From positions 1,536,001 to 1,600,000 of the forward strand of contig OY969814.1 of the NCBI GenBank assembly GCA_963703345.1: a stretch of DNA of 64,000 nt, read 5' to 3'. Below, in pieces: positions 1 through 10,596 of the stretch. The translations under genes were made by a program, and so were the position numbers. The notes under the pieces were generated by a model. It was not told the DNA's origin. It did not search any database and worked only from the letters and a program-made list of their open reading frames with translations. The DNA is from an uncultured Chloroflexia bacterium (GTDB lineage Bacteria; Chloroflexota; Dehalococcoidia; DSTF01; JALHUB01). The first letter of the stretch is position 1; each line of letters starts with the position of its first letter.

Positions 1-2
1 CC

Positions 3-617
3 AGCGACATGCCGGAGCCTAACCACAACGACTATCAGGAGGAGTTCGACCACGCCCTGGTCGACCTCTGCCGGGCCGCCGAAGGGCGGACGCTCGTCCT
101 CTTTACGTCGTACGGCTCGCTCGGCGCCACCCACGGCGCCATCAAGCGACCGCTGGAGCGCGAAGGGATACTGGTGCTGGGCCAGGGGATGGACGGCCCA
201 CCGAAGTCGCTGCTGAACGCCCTGCGCGAGAACCATCGCACCGTTATCCTGGGCACCAGCAGCTTCTGGGAAGGCGTCGACGTTGCCGGCGAGGCGCTAT
301 CATTGCTCGTCATCGCCCGGCTGCCATTCGCCGTGCCGACGGATCCCGTCTTCATGGCCCGCTCTGAGCTCCACGAAGACCCCTTCAACGAGTACGCTCT
401 GCCGCAGGCGGTCATTCGCTTCAAGCAGGGTTTCGGACGTCTGATCCGTCGCAAGACCGACAGGGGCGTGGTCGTCGTGATGGACCGACGCCTTCGGAGC
501 AAGACCTACGGGTCGTCCTTCCTGCGTTCAGTCCCGCCTTGCACCGTCGAAGATCTGCCCCTGCGCGAGCTTGGCCCTGCGACCGCGGCCTGGCTGGCCG
601 GCAAACGGCGGAGCTAG
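3..617 (+). CDS. dinG: DinG/XPD-family helicase, C-terminal part (5' end outside window)
   Basis: Helicase_C_2 motifs LVLFTSY, TSSFWEGVDV, RLPFAVP.DP, QGFGRLIR..DRG; frame open from the window start. Confidence 0.85.
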   Translation, partial: SDMPEPNHNDYQEEFDHALVDLCRAAEGRTLVLFTSYGSLGATHGAIKRPLEREGILVLGQGMDGPPKSLLNALRENHRTVILGTSSFWEGVDVAGEALSLLVIARLPFAVPTDPVFMARSELHEDPFNEYALPQAVIRFKQGFGRLIRRKTDRGVVVVMDRRLRSKTYGSSFLRSVPPCTVEDLPLRELGPATAAWLAGKRRS

Positions 618-752
618 TCGCATCCGCCGTCGAGGCACTTAAGAACAACGTAGCCGAGACTTTCCAGTCTCGGCGTGTCGACGCTTGGCAATTGGAACCC
701 CGAGGAATCCACGACGCGGGCAAGATGCCCGCTCTACGCGTATCGAAGCGAA

Positions 753-1991
753 CTACTCGCGAATCCGGCCCAACAACTCGATCTCGTCCTCGCGACTGCT
801 CGTCACCCCATCGAGGCGCGCCGCCCGCAGGCGTCGCAGCAGGGCGCCGAGCTCGCGACCCGCCGGGACGCCGAGTCTGCGCAGCGCGCTCGCGCCGAGG
901 AGGGGCTTTACATAACGCCACTGACGTAGGAAGAGCAGCGCTCTCTCTGCGATGATCGGATTCTGGCTTCGGAGGGCCAGCGCCCACACGGACGCCACAC
1001 TGAACGGCTCCAACAGCTTGGTCAGGCGGCTCGGCGAAGCGTCGGGAGGCGTGAGCTCGTCCAAGACGCCGCGTAGCCGCGCGAGGTCGGTGATTGCGCG
1101 CTCGTGGCGACGCGGCAGCGCCAGCCGCCGCACCAGCGACTCGACATCCCGCTCCTCGCAGTGCCAGCAGACGAGACACAGGCACACCTCGTCCCAGGGC
1201 GCCGGCCGCTCCTCCACCGCCCGGGCGAACGCCGCCTCGCCGGCCTTGTCGAGTCGAAGGCAGGAGTGGATCGCCGCCAGGATCCCCATCTCTTGCGCGC
1301 GCGCCAGCGCCTGCTTGAGACAGTCTTCGTAGAAGATCGCTGTCAGCTCCGCCCACAGGCGCGCGCCGCTGACCGTGTCCAGATAGGCGAGGTCGCGACG
1401 GAGCAGTCGCTCTGTCTCTTCCTCCAGCCGGAACGCCAGCCGCGCCTCGTAACGGACGGCCCGCAGCATGCGTGTCGCGTCGTCGCGGAAGCTGCCCTCG
1501 TGCAGGACGCGGATCAGTCGCTGCTCCAGGTCGCGCCGCCCGCCAAAGAGGTCGAGCAGCTCGCCGGCCGCTGGCGGGGTCAGGCGGAGCGCCATCGCGT
1601 TCACGCTGAAGTCGCGACGCCGCAGGTCCTCGTCGATGCTCGCGGGCCGCACGGTGGGCAGCGCGCCGGGGCGCTCGTACTCCTCCGCCCGCGCGCACGC
1701 CAGGTCGACGCGCGAAGAGGCCAGATCCACGGACGCCGTGCCGAACTTCTCGTGCGTCGTGAGGCGACCCTGTCGCGACTTCGCCAGCTCGCGCCCCAAG
1801 GCGATGGCGTCGTCCTCAACCGCGATGTCGAGGTCAACGTGCGGCCGCACCAGCAGCAGGTCGCGCACGCTTCCGCCGACGAGGTAGAGCTGCTCAGCGC
1901 GGCGTTCGGCAAGCTCCAGCAGCGTCGCCATGGCGTCGCGGTCCGCCTCTGTCAGGCGCTCTTCGAGGGCGACGAGTGATTCCTCCGCCAC
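753..1991 (-). CDS. cca: CCA tRNA nucleotidyltransferase / poly(A) polymerase family
   Basis: YLVGGSVRD..DLD, EDLRRRDFSVNAMA, DDATRMLRAVRY motifs; GTG start at 1991 chosen downstream of a TGcTATAAT box. Confidence 0.9.
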   Translation of the reverse strand: MAEESLVALEERLTEADRDAMATLLELAERRAEQLYLVGGSVRDLLLVRPHVDLDIAVEDDAIALGRELAKSRQGRLTTHEKFGTASVDLASSRVDLACARAEEYERPGALPTVRPASIDEDLRRRDFSVNAMALRLTPPAAGELLDLFGGRRDLEQRLIRVLHEGSFRDDATRMLRAVRYEARLAFRLEEETERLLRRDLAYLDTVSGARLWAELTAIFYEDCLKQALARAQEMGILAAIHSCLRLDKAGEAAFARAVEERPAPWDEVCLCLVCWHCEERDVESLVRRLALPRRHERAITDLARLRGVLDELTPPDASPSRLTKLLEPFSVASVWALALRSQNPIIAERALLFLRQWRYVKPLLGASALRRLGVPAGRELGALLRRLRAARLDGVTSSREDEIELLGRIRE

Positions 1992-2047
1992 GCTTCGCTG
2001 GCCTTTCGCTGCAAATCCCCAAGGACGCCCGATTATAGCACGCGAAC

Positions 2048-2076
2048 TTGACAACCTCCTCCGGGAATCCTATTAT
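2048..2076 (+). promoter_or_regulatory. sigma70-type promoter for rnc-smc
   Basis: TTGACA-17 nt-TATTAT upstream of rnc. Confidence 0.75.
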
Positions 2077-2214
2077 GCCTCTGAAGCCAGACCGCACATG
2101 AAGCGCCGAAACGCTGCCCCTGAAGCAGTCGCAACATCGCGCGTCGCAGAGCGGTAGGCACGAAAAGACCGCCGCCATGGCGGTCTATCGCTATCAAGGA
2201 GCGGGTTCGAGGAT

Positions 2215-2943
2215 ATGACGCCGGACTTGAAGCTGCTGGAGAAGAAGCTGGGGCTGAAGTTCCGCAATCCGGCCCTCCTGGAGCAGTCTCTAGTACACCG
2301 CTCCTACCTGAACGAGATGCCCGAGTCCGGGCTGGAATCCAATGAGCGCCTGGAGTTCCTCGGCGACGCCGTTCTCGGTCTCGTCGTAGCGAGCGAGCTT
2401 TACGAGGACTACCCCGACCGTTCCGAAGGGCAGCTCACTGAGATGCGCGTTGCCCTGGTCCGTCGCGACACGCTTGCCCGCGTCGCCAGGAGTCTGTCCC
2501 TCGGCGACTACCTCTTTCTTGGACGTGGCGAACGGGCGGCCGGGGGCGGAGCGCGTCCTTCGAACCTGTCTTCGACCTACGAGGCGGTCGTCGGCGCCGT
2601 GTTCATCGACGGCGGCCTCCAGAAAGCGCGCCGCTTCGTCTTGCGCTCCCTCTCCGCCGAGTACCGCGAGCTGCCGAAGGGCCGCGCCCTGGCGAATCCG
2701 AAATCGCAGCTACAGGAGCTGCTTCAGGCGCGCTTCCAGAAAGCGCCCGTCTACAGGCTGGTGCGCGACGAGGGCCCCGACCATTCCAAGCTCTTTACGG
2801 TGCAGGTCTGGGGCGATAAGAAGCCGCTCGGCGTTGGACAGGGGAAGAGCAAGCAACAGGCGGAAAAAGAAGCCGCCCGCGATGCCCTGGAGAAGATGGA
2901 GCGCGAGAACGGCGGCGAGCCCATGACCGGTACCGATAGCTGA
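2215..2943 (+). CDS. rnc: Ribonuclease III
   Basis: NERLEFLGDAVL signature plus C-terminal dsRBD (PKSQLQE...GKSKQQAE). Confidence 0.97.
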   Translation: MTPDLKLLEKKLGLKFRNPALLEQSLVHRSYLNEMPESGLESNERLEFLGDAVLGLVVASELYEDYPDRSEGQLTEMRVALVRRDTLARVARSLSLGDYLFLGRGERAAGGGARPSNLSSTYEAVVGAVFIDGGLQKARRFVLRSLSAEYRELPKGRALANPKSQLQELLQARFQKAPVYRLVRDEGPDHSKLFTVQVWGDKKPLGVGQGKSKQQAEKEAARDALEKMERENGGEPMTGTDS

Positions 2944-2963
2944 CACTCCCCTGAGATTTGCCT

Positions 2964-5900
2964 ATGTACCTCAAGCGGTTAGAGCTGCGCGGGTTCAAGA
3001 GCTTCGCGGCTCAGACTGTCTTTCAGTTTGGGACCGGCATCACCGGCGTCGTTGGCCCTAACGGCGTCGGCAAGAGCAACGTCGGCGACGCCATTCGCTG
3101 GGTCCTCGGCGAACAGAGCGCCCGCACGCTGCGAGCCCGCCGCCTCGAAGACGTCATCTTCTCCGGCAGCAGCCAGAAATCGGCCGTCGGCATGGCCGAG
3201 GTCAACCTCGTCCTCGACAACAGCGATGGCTGGCTTCCCATCGACTTCCAGGAGGTCGTCGTCGGCCGCCGTGCCTACCGCGACGGGCAGGGCGAGTACC
3301 TCATCAACCGCAACCGCGTCCGCCTGCGCGACGTGAACGACCTCTTCCTCCACTCCGAGCTCGGCCAAGGTACCTACGCCTTCATCGGCCAGGGCCTGGT
3401 CGAGGAGGTGCTCAGCCTGCGACCCGACGAGCGCCGCGGTCTCATCGAAGAGGCCGCCGACGTGCGGCGCTACCGCGTCAAGCTCGACGAAGCACGCGGC
3501 CGCCTCGTTGCCACCCGCGATAACCTCGACCGCGTCAACCTGCTCCTCTCTGAGATATCTCCCAATCTCGCGCGACTGGAGCGGCAGGCCGAGCGCGCCG
3601 ACATGCACGCGCGTCTCAGCCGCGAGCTGGCGCAAGCCCTCCAGGCGTGGTACGGCCACCACTGGCGCGAGGCGCAGGACGCCCTCACCGCCGCCCTCGC
3701 CGGCTGCGACCAGCGTCAGGAGGAGTTCCGCCAGGCCGAGGCCGCGATTCACGACTGCACCGATGGCGGCGAGACGCTGCATGGGGCCATCGAGGAGCGG
3801 CGGCACGCGATCGCTCAGCGATCCGTCGCCGAGCGCGAGCTCGCCGACCAGTTGCGCCGCCTCGAGCACCAGTGCGCGCTCGATGACGAGCGGCAGCGCA
3901 TGCTCGGCGAGCGTCTCCAGGAGATACGATCGGACGTCGAGGCGCTGGCCGCCGAACGGGAGCGACGCCAGCAGGAAGAGACCGGCGCCGGCGAGCGGAG
4001 GCTCCGGCTGGAGCGCGAGGTCGAGGAGCGGCTCGCCGAAGTCATGACGCGGCGTCAGGAGCTGGAAGGCGCCGAGAAAGAGCGTGCCGAACTGCGCCGC
4101 CGCGCCGTCGAAGCGGAAGAGCAGGCGATTCGCGCCCGCAACGTCGTCGCCGAGATAGAAGCGCGACTGGACCGCGTCCGCAAGACGGAGGAGAGCCTTC
4201 GCCAGGAGATCGAAGAGCTGCGCGACCGGCGCAAGGACAATCTTCGCCGTCTCGCCGGCCTGGCGCAGGACTACAAGTCCCACCACGACGACCGTGCCCG
4301 TATCGAAAAGGAGCTTGCCGAAGTGGCGGAAAGCCAGGTCGCGGTCAACGCCGCCATCGCCGAGACGCGACGCAGCCTGGCCCGCGCCGAAGAACGCGTC
4401 CCCGAGCTCCAGGCCGACCTCCAGCGCGCCAAAGCCCGCGTCGACATCCTCGGCCGCGTCCACGCTGAGCGCGAAGGCTTTGACGACGCGACGCGCATGC
4501 TCCTCATCGCCGCCGGCCAGGCCCCCTACGGCGACGACGAAGACACGCCGGAGCCCGGCAGCCTGCAAGGTTACATCGGCGTGCTTGCCGGCCTCATTCG
4601 CGTGCCGCCCGGCCTGGAGAAGGCCATCGAGGCCGCCCTCGCCGACAGCCTCCAATCGATTGTCCTCGCCTCTCACTCCGACGTACTGGCCGCCGTGCAG
4701 CTCCTCATGGAGTACCCGCGCGGTCGCGTCACCCTCTATGCCGCCGACAACCTGACGCCCTCGCGACCGCTCGTCCTCATGCACGAAAAGGGCATCGTCG
4801 GCGTCGCCTCCGACCTCGTGACCTGCGACGCCCGCTTCAAGCCGCTTATCGAGACGCTCCTCGGCCGGACGATCATCGTCGAGAATCTCGTCATCGGATT
4901 GCGCGTCCTCAAGCGCGGCATGGGGAACGTCGCCACGCTCGACGGCGAGCTCCTGCGGGCCACCGGCGCCGTCACCAGCGGCAGCTCCCGCACGATGGGC
5001 GCCCTCGTCGCCCGCGAGAGCGAGCTGCGACGCCTGCCCGCGCAGATGTCCGACATCGAGGTGGCGGTCAGGGAGCAGCAGGCGGAGATCGACAGCTACC
5101 GCCGCGCCCTCCGCGACTACGACGCCGCTCTCGGCGCGCATGCCGTGAAGCAGCAGCGGCTCTGGCAGGAGCGGGCGACCACCGAACAGTCGCTCGTCGA
5201 GCACCGCGGCCACCTGGCGCTCCTGGCCGGCCAGATGCGCGAGCTGCGCCACCAGGAGACGCGCGTCGCCCAGACAGCGAAACAGGTCACTGGGGAGCGT
5301 GAAAGCCTGGAGCACGAACGCGACTCGCTGACCGGCGAGGCCGCCGCAGCTACAGAAGTGGCGGAGCGCGACACGCAGGTCATCGCCGCCGTCGCGGAGC
5401 GGCTGCCGGAGCTCACCGACGCCCTCACCCAGGCCAGCAGCGCCCTCGCCGCCGTCGAAGGCGAACGGCAGGCGCTTGGTCTGCGCCGCGAAGAGCAGGA
5501 GACCGCCCTGGCCCGCATCGACGCTCAGACGGCCCGCAAGCGCGGCCAGCTTGTCGAGGTCGAGAAGCAGATGGCCGCCGCCTCGGAGCGCCTCCAGCAG
5601 GCGCAGGCGTCCCTGGAAGAGAAGCGACGGCGCTGGGGAGAGCTCACCGGCGTCCAGCAGCCCGACGAAGAAGAGCTCGTTCGGCTGGAATCGCGCGAAA
5701 AGGGCCTGCGCGGCGAGATGGAGGTCGCCCTGGCCCGCCGTCGCGACGCGGAGATTGGCCTCCTCGAAGCGCAGCAGGCGGTCAAGCAACGCACCGACGA
5801 GCTCGAAGCCCTGCGCGAAGGCATGGAGGCGGAAGGCCTGACTGCCACCGAAACCGGCGACGTCGTGCCCGTCTCAAGCCCATCGCAGGGGCTACCAGAA

Positions 5901-6644
5901 TGGCTCGCCGGCAACCACGCGTCCTTCGGCGAACCGGAGGACCGCCTGCCGCCGATCCGCGGTGGCTCGACCATCGACCCCGTCGCCCTCAAAGAGCAGA
6001 TAAGCCACCTGCGCGCCCGCATCCGCTCGCTCGGCCCCGTCGATGCCCAGGCGCCCGCCGACTACGCCGAGAGCCGCCAGCGCTATGACTTCCTCAGCGG
6101 CCAGGTCGCCGACCTCGGCCAGGCGGAGACGCTGCTGCAGGAGGCGATAGCGGAGCTGGAGGAGAAGATCAAGGAGCGCTTCAGCGACGCCTTCCGGAAG
6201 GTCGACGAGGAGTTCCAGCGTTACTTCAGCACCTTCTTCGGCGGCGGCACCGCGCGCCTCGTGCAGACGCAGCCGAAAGAAGACGACGAAGAGCCAGGCA
6301 TCGAAGTGATGGCGCAGCCGCCGGGAAAGCGCGTCGCCAGCCTGTCGATGCTCTCCGGTGGCGAGCGGGCGCTGACGGCCGTATCGCTGCTCTTCGCCCT
6401 CTTGCAGACGCGTCCTTCCCCCTTCTGCGTCCTCGACGAAGTCGACGCTATGCTCGACGAGTCGAACGTCGGGCGATTCGCCGAGGCCGTGAAGAAGCTG
6501 GCCGAAGCGACGCAGTTTATAATCATCACGCATAACCGGCGCACCATCGAGATGGCGGACCACATCTACGGCGTCGCTATGTCGAAGGACATGACGTCGT
6601 CCATCCTCTCCCTCCGCCTCAGCGACCTCGCCCCGAGCACCTGA
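2964..6644 (+). CDS. smc: Chromosome segregation protein SMC
   Basis: GFKSF, Walker A GPNGVGKSN, coiled coils, hinge, LSGGE and LDEVDA; rnc-smc-ftsY synteny. Confidence 0.97.
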   Translation: MYLKRLELRGFKSFAAQTVFQFGTGITGVVGPNGVGKSNVGDAIRWVLGEQSARTLRARRLEDVIFSGSSQKSAVGMAEVNLVLDNSDGWLPIDFQEVVVGRRAYRDGQGEYLINRNRVRLRDVNDLFLHSELGQGTYAFIGQGLVEEVLSLRPDERRGLIEEAADVRRYRVKLDEARGRLVATRDNLDRVNLLLSEISPNLARLERQAERADMHARLSRELAQALQAWYGHHWREAQDALTAALAGCDQRQEEFRQAEAAIHDCTDGGETLHGAIEERRHAIAQRSVAERELADQLRRLEHQCALDDERQRMLGERLQEIRSDVEALAAERERRQQEETGAGERRLRLEREVEERLAEVMTRRQELEGAEKERAELRRRAVEAEEQAIRARNVVAEIEARLDRVRKTEESLRQEIEELRDRRKDNLRRLAGLAQDYKSHHDDRARIEKELAEVAESQVAVNAAIAETRRSLARAEERVPELQADLQRAKARVDILGRVHAEREGFDDATRMLLIAAGQAPYGDDEDTPEPGSLQGYIGVLAGLIRVPPGLEKAIEAALADSLQSIVLASHSDVLAAVQLLMEYPRGRVTLYAADNLTPSRPLVLMHEKGIVGVASDLVTCDARFKPLIETLLGRTIIVENLVIGLRVLKRGMGNVATLDGELLRATGAVTSGSSRTMGALVARESELRRLPAQMSDIEVAVREQQAEIDSYRRALRDYDAALGAHAVKQQRLWQERATTEQSLVEHRGHLALLAGQMRELRHQETRVAQTAKQVTGERESLEHERDSLTGEAAAATEVAERDTQVIAAVAERLPELTDALTQASSALAAVEGERQALGLRREEQETALARIDAQTARKRGQLVEVEKQMAAASERLQQAQASLEEKRRRWGELTGVQQPDEEELVRLESREKGLRGEMEVALARRRDAEIGLLEAQQAVKQRTDELEALREGMEAEGLTATETGDVVPVSSPSQGLPEWLAGNHASFGEPEDRLPPIRGGSTIDPVALKEQISHLRARIRSLGPVDAQAPADYAESRQRYDFLSGQVADLGQAETLLQEAIAELEEKIKERFSDAFRKVDEEFQRYFSTFFGGGTARLVQTQPKEDDEEPGIEVMAQPPGKRVASLSMLSGGERALTAVSLLFALLQTRPSPFCVLDEVDAMLDESNVGRFAEAVKKLAEATQFIIITHNRRTIEMADHIYGVAMSKDMTSSILSLRLSDLAPST

Positions 6645-6664
6645 GCGCCCTATTGCACGACGAC

Positions 6665-6688
6665 GTAGGGGAGGACTTTAGTCCTCCC
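6665..6688 (+). repeat. GTAG-type REP-like palindrome, copy 1
   Basis: GTAG+GGGAGGAC-TTTA-GTCCTCCC; near-identical copies at 21654, 26207 and 45015. Confidence 0.8.
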
Positions 6689-7018
6689 GCGGGTGGGGGC
6701 GAACCGCTTCACTGCCCCTGGCGACGACATCCCTCTGATCTCGATGAGTGATCGCTGGGAGTGCAGGGGTGCCTAGGGCACCTTTCCCGGCCGAAGGTCC
6801 GCCTCCGGAGGAGGTTGCAGGGGTGTCCCCTGCCTTCCGAAGAACCCATCTAGGGCGGGTGGGTGGGAAGAGAAACGCAAATGTTTCGAGAATACGCCCA
6901 ACGCCGCTGCGAGCTCCAACCCGCCGAAACGACTCGTGCCCTACCCCAAGGGACAGGAGCGCAACGCATTTCGGTGGCGGGCGGTGACCCTCCGGAACCG
7001 CCGAAAGCGCTTGGCAAG

Positions 7019-7048
7019 TTGACCCCCCTGATCGCCCGATGCTATGAT
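7019..7048 (+). promoter_or_regulatory. sigma70-type promoter for ftsY
   Basis: TTGACC-18 nt-TATGAT with extended -10 TG. Confidence 0.6.
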
Positions 7049-7086
7049 CTCAGCACATCGCGTCAGCGAAAGGAGATACCGGGTCC

Positions 7087-8049
7087 TTGCGTCTATTCCG
7101 CAAAACAAAGAGCGAAGAGGAAGACGTCAAGAAGACCGAACAGGCCCTGGAAAGGACTCGCAAGACCTGGTTCAGCCATCTCACCTCGCTCTTCGAGCGC
7201 TCCCGGATCGATGACTCCCTCTGGGAAGAGCTCGAGGAGCTTCTGATTGGCGCCGACGCCGGCGTCGCCACCGCCCAGAAAGTCCTCGAAGACGTCCAGC
7301 AGCGCGTCGACAAGGAAGGACTGAAAGACCCGGCCGAGGTCCGCGACGCCCTCAAAGACGAGCTCGTCGCCATCCTCAAGACCGCCCAGCCCAGGGGCGC
7401 CCTCTGGCGCAACGGCGGCCACGCCGAAGCTGCCCCCAGGCCCGCAGTCATCCTCGTCGTCGGCGTCAACGGCACCGGCAAGACCACCAGCATCGGCAAG
7501 CTTGCCTATGCCCTGCGACAGGAGGGCCTGCAGGTAACCATCGCCGCCGCCGACACCTTCCGCGCCGCCGCCATCGAGCAGATGCGCGAATGGGGCGACC
7601 GCGTGGGCGCCGAAGTCATCGCCCACAAGCAGGGCGCGGACCCGGGCGCCGTCGTATTCGACGCCTTATCCGCTGCCGAGAGCCGCGGCGCCGACGTCGT
7701 CATCGTCGACACCGCCGGCCGGCTTCACACCAAGTTCAACCTGATGGAGGAGCTGCGAAAGATCCTCCGCGTCATCCAGCGCAAGGACGCCAGCGCGCCG
7801 CACGAGGTGCTGCTCGTCCTCGATGCGACGACCGGCCAGAACGCCCTTACGCAGGCCAGGGCCTTCGCCGAGGCGGTAGACGTCACGGCCATCTGCCTCG
7901 CGAAGCTCGACGGCACGTCGAAGGGCGGCATGGTATTCGCTATTTCCGACCAGCTCGGCGTGCCCGTCCGCTTCATCGGCAGCGGCGAGGGCCCCGAGGA
8001 TCTGGGAGAATTTTCCCCTGAGGAGTTCGTTGAAGCGCTGTTTGAGTAG
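7087..8049 (+). CDS. ftsY: SRP receptor FtsY
   Basis: [30 protein letters not shown]; TTG start after an AAGGAG SD. Confidence 0.96.
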   Translation: MRLFRKTKSEEEDVKKTEQALERTRKTWFSHLTSLFERSRIDDSLWEELEELLIGADAGVATAQKVLEDVQQRVDKEGLKDPAEVRDALKDELVAILKTAQPRGALWRNGGHAEAAPRPAVILVVGVNGTGKTTSIGKLAYALRQEGLQVTIAAADTFRAAAIEQMREWGDRVGAEVIAHKQGADPGAVVFDALSAAESRGADVVIVDTAGRLHTKFNLMEELRKILRVIQRKDASAPHEVLLVLDATTGQNALTQARAFAEAVDVTAICLAKLDGTSKGGMVFAISDQLGVPVRFIGSGEGPEDLGEFSPEEFVEALFE

Positions 8050-8135
8050 CGGAAACGGCTCCAGCTTTCCCTCAAGGACGAGGCCCGTAGGGAGCCACGC
8101 GCGCGTTCGCGGCAGCGACGCCGAGGGGTTACGAC

Positions 8136-10520
8136 ATGCCTGAGACGCTGTTCTGGTGGCTGGCCGTTGAGGCCATGGGCTTGGTAGCCTTCCCTCTCGT
8201 CTATGCGCTCTTCCCGCGTTTCCCTGACCGCGGTTACGCCTTCGCCAAGCCCTTCGGACTGCTCACCGTCGGCTTCGTCTTCTGGATATTCGGCTCCGCC
8301 TCTGTCCTGACGAACAACGCCGGCGGGATCGTCTGGGTCGTCCTGATGGTCGGCGCGGCCTCCGGTTACTTCGCCTGGCGTCGTCGCGACGAGATGCTCG
8401 CCTTCCTGCGCGAGAAGTGGTCGCTCATCCTCGTCATAGAAGGGCTCTTCCTCCTCGCCTTCATCGTCGCCGCCTATCTGCGCTCGTTCACGCCCGACAT
8501 CAGCGGCACCGAGAAGCCGATGGACTTCGCCTTCCTCAACGCTTCGACGATCAGCCAGCACTTCGCGCCCAACGACCCGTGGCTCTCCGGCCACACCATC
8601 AGCTACTACTACGGCGGCTATTTCCTCGTAGCGATGACCGGCAAGCTCGCCGGTGTGAGCACCGGCGTCGGCTATAACCTGGGCCTGGCGATGATCGCCG
8701 CCCTCGCCGTCGTCGGCGCCTTCGGCCTCGTCTACAACCTGGTTACCCTGCACGAAGAGACTGCCGCGAAGCGGGCGAAGCTCCTCGGCTGGCCGCTTGC
8801 CTTCGGGCTCGTCGCTGCCCTCTTGCTGACGGTCGTCGCCAACCTGGAGGGCCTCCTCGAGTTCCTCGCGGCCCATGGCTTCGGCGGAGCCGGCTTCTGG
8901 AACTGGGTCGACATCAAGGGGCTCACCAGCGTCGGCAACACCACGAATACCTGGTATCCCACCTCGAACTGGTGGTGGTGGAAAGCCGCCCGCATCGTCT
9001 CGCCGACCGCGCCGGAGACGATTACGGAGTTCCCCTTCTTCAGCTTCCTCCTCGGTGACCTGCACCCGCACGTCATGGCCATACCCTTCGACCTGCTCGG
9101 GATCGCCGCCGCCGTCCGCTTGCTGCAGGAAGATGAGACGCTCGACCTCTCGTTCTGGACGCGACACCAGATGGTCCTGGTGGCGCTGGCCGTGCTGGTC
9201 GGCGGGCTCTCCTTCCTCAATACCTGGGACCTGCCGACTTTCTTCTTCCTTCTGCTCTCTGCCGCCTTCCTGCGCAACTACCTCGCCCTCAAGCGATGGG
9301 ACTGGAAGCTCCTGAAGCAAACGCTCGGGTTCGCCGTGCCGCTGGGGATCGCTTCCGTCGTTGCCTATGTCCCCTATCACAAGCTGTTCATCCCCGCTTT
9401 CGGCTTCGCCAGCCAGGCGAACGGCATCGCGCCTGTCGAAGGCAACGGTACCATGCCGTTCCACGCCTTCATCTTCTGGGGCCCGTTCGCCGTGCTGATG
9501 CTGCCCTTTGCCGCCCAACGACTCGTCGCTTCCCTGAAAGAGCGTCGCTGGCAGCGCAACGAGTGGCTGGCCGCCGTTCCCGGGCTCGCCGTCGTTGGAT
9601 TCTGGTTCCTGTGGGTGCTGGCGCGCGGTCACCTGGGTAACGCCGTGCCCGCGAGGGGCAGCGCCTGGCTCACCGCCCTCATCCTCATCGCGCTGTTGAC
9701 GCTGCTCATCGCCACGCTCCGCCGCGAGGCCGAGTCCTACGCCGCGGCAAAGGGCTCGCTACCGGTCATTGTCGCCCTTCTAGCCGGCGCTCTGGCGGCC
9801 TTGCTGGTCCTTGGCGCCGAGTTCTACTTCATCCGCGACGTCTTCAACAACCGCATGAACACGGTGTTCAAGCTCTACTACCAGGCGTGGCTGTTCCTGG
9901 CCATCGGTGGCGGCTTCGCCTTCTACTACATGGTGCGATACTGGCTGCCGACGAAGACGATCTCCGGCGGCTGGCGCTACACCTGGGCCGGCGCCGTGGC
10001 CGTCATCCTGGCAGCCGCCCTCGCCTACCCGGTCGGCGCTACCTACGCTCGCACCGAGGACTTCGGTGCCAAGCGCAGCCTCGACGGCCTCGCCTTCGCC
10101 AAGCAGAGCTCCGCTGGCGACTACTCCCTTGCCCAGTGGCTCCTACAGAACGCCAAACCCGCAGACGTCATCGTGGAGATGGTCGGCAATCAGTCCATCG
10201 GCTACGAGTGGGGATCGACAGGTCGCATCTCCTCCTGGACCGGCCTGTCGACCGTTTTCGCCTGGCCGGGGCACGAGCAGCAGTGGCGCGGCGGCGACGC
10301 CCTCACGAAGGGTCGCCTGGAAGACGTCGATAACCTCTACAAGACGGAAGACACGAACCAGGTGCAGCAGATCATCGCCAAGTATGGCATCAACTACATA
10401 ATCGTCGGCTCTCTCGAGCGACAGGCCTATTCGGCGGCGGCGCTTGAGAAGTTCGACGGCATGTATCCGGTCGCAATCAAGTCCGGCGACAACGTAATCT
10501 ATAAGGTCGGGGGGAAATAG
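8136..10520 (+). CDS. DUF2298 / Chlor_Arch_YYY polytopic membrane protein (putative GT-C glycosyltransferase)
   Basis: EKPMDFAF, DPWLSG..ISYYYGG, ITEFPFFSFLLGDLHPH, NTWD, RMNTVFKLYYQ; many TM helices. Confidence 0.85.
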   Translation: MPETLFWWLAVEAMGLVAFPLVYALFPRFPDRGYAFAKPFGLLTVGFVFWIFGSASVLTNNAGGIVWVVLMVGAASGYFAWRRRDEMLAFLREKWSLILVIEGLFLLAFIVAAYLRSFTPDISGTEKPMDFAFLNASTISQHFAPNDPWLSGHTISYYYGGYFLVAMTGKLAGVSTGVGYNLGLAMIAALAVVGAFGLVYNLVTLHEETAAKRAKLLGWPLAFGLVAALLLTVVANLEGLLEFLAAHGFGGAGFWNWVDIKGLTSVGNTTNTWYPTSNWWWWKAARIVSPTAPETITEFPFFSFLLGDLHPHVMAIPFDLLGIAAAVRLLQEDETLDLSFWTRHQMVLVALAVLVGGLSFLNTWDLPTFFFLLLSAAFLRNYLALKRWDWKLLKQTLGFAVPLGIASVVAYVPYHKLFIPAFGFASQANGIAPVEGNGTMPFHAFIFWGPFAVLMLPFAAQRLVASLKERRWQRNEWLAAVPGLAVVGFWFLWVLARGHLGNAVPARGSAWLTALILIALLTLLIATLRREAESYAAAKGSLPVIVALLAGALAALLVLGAEFYFIRDVFNNRMNTVFKLYYQAWLFLAIGGGFAFYYMVRYWLPTKTISGGWRYTWAGAVAVILAAALAYPVGATYARTEDFGAKRSLDGLAFAKQSSAGDYSLAQWLLQNAKPADVIVEMVGNQSIGYEWGSTGRISSWTGLSTVFAWPGHEQQWRGGDALTKGRLEDVDNLYKTEDTNQVQQIIAKYGINYIIVGSLERQAYSAAALEKFDGMYPVAIKSGDNVIYKVGGK

Positions 10521-10596
10521 TGGCGAAGAGCGGCGACAGGGTGGAGCAAGCACGCCGTTCCCCGTATACTGCTCGTTAAGGAGTTCATAGGCGCTC

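Noticed and set aside
2166-2186. Hairpin in the rnc leader as an RNase III autoregulatory site
   Set aside because: The 8-bp stem is too short to support the claim.
2979-5789. 936-aa minus-strand ORF and similar long antisense ORFs (7725-9632, 15885-17396, 19876-21519, 38257-39699, 58029-59249)
   Set aside because: Mirror frames of well-supported genes in high-GC DNA, with no recognisable motifs.
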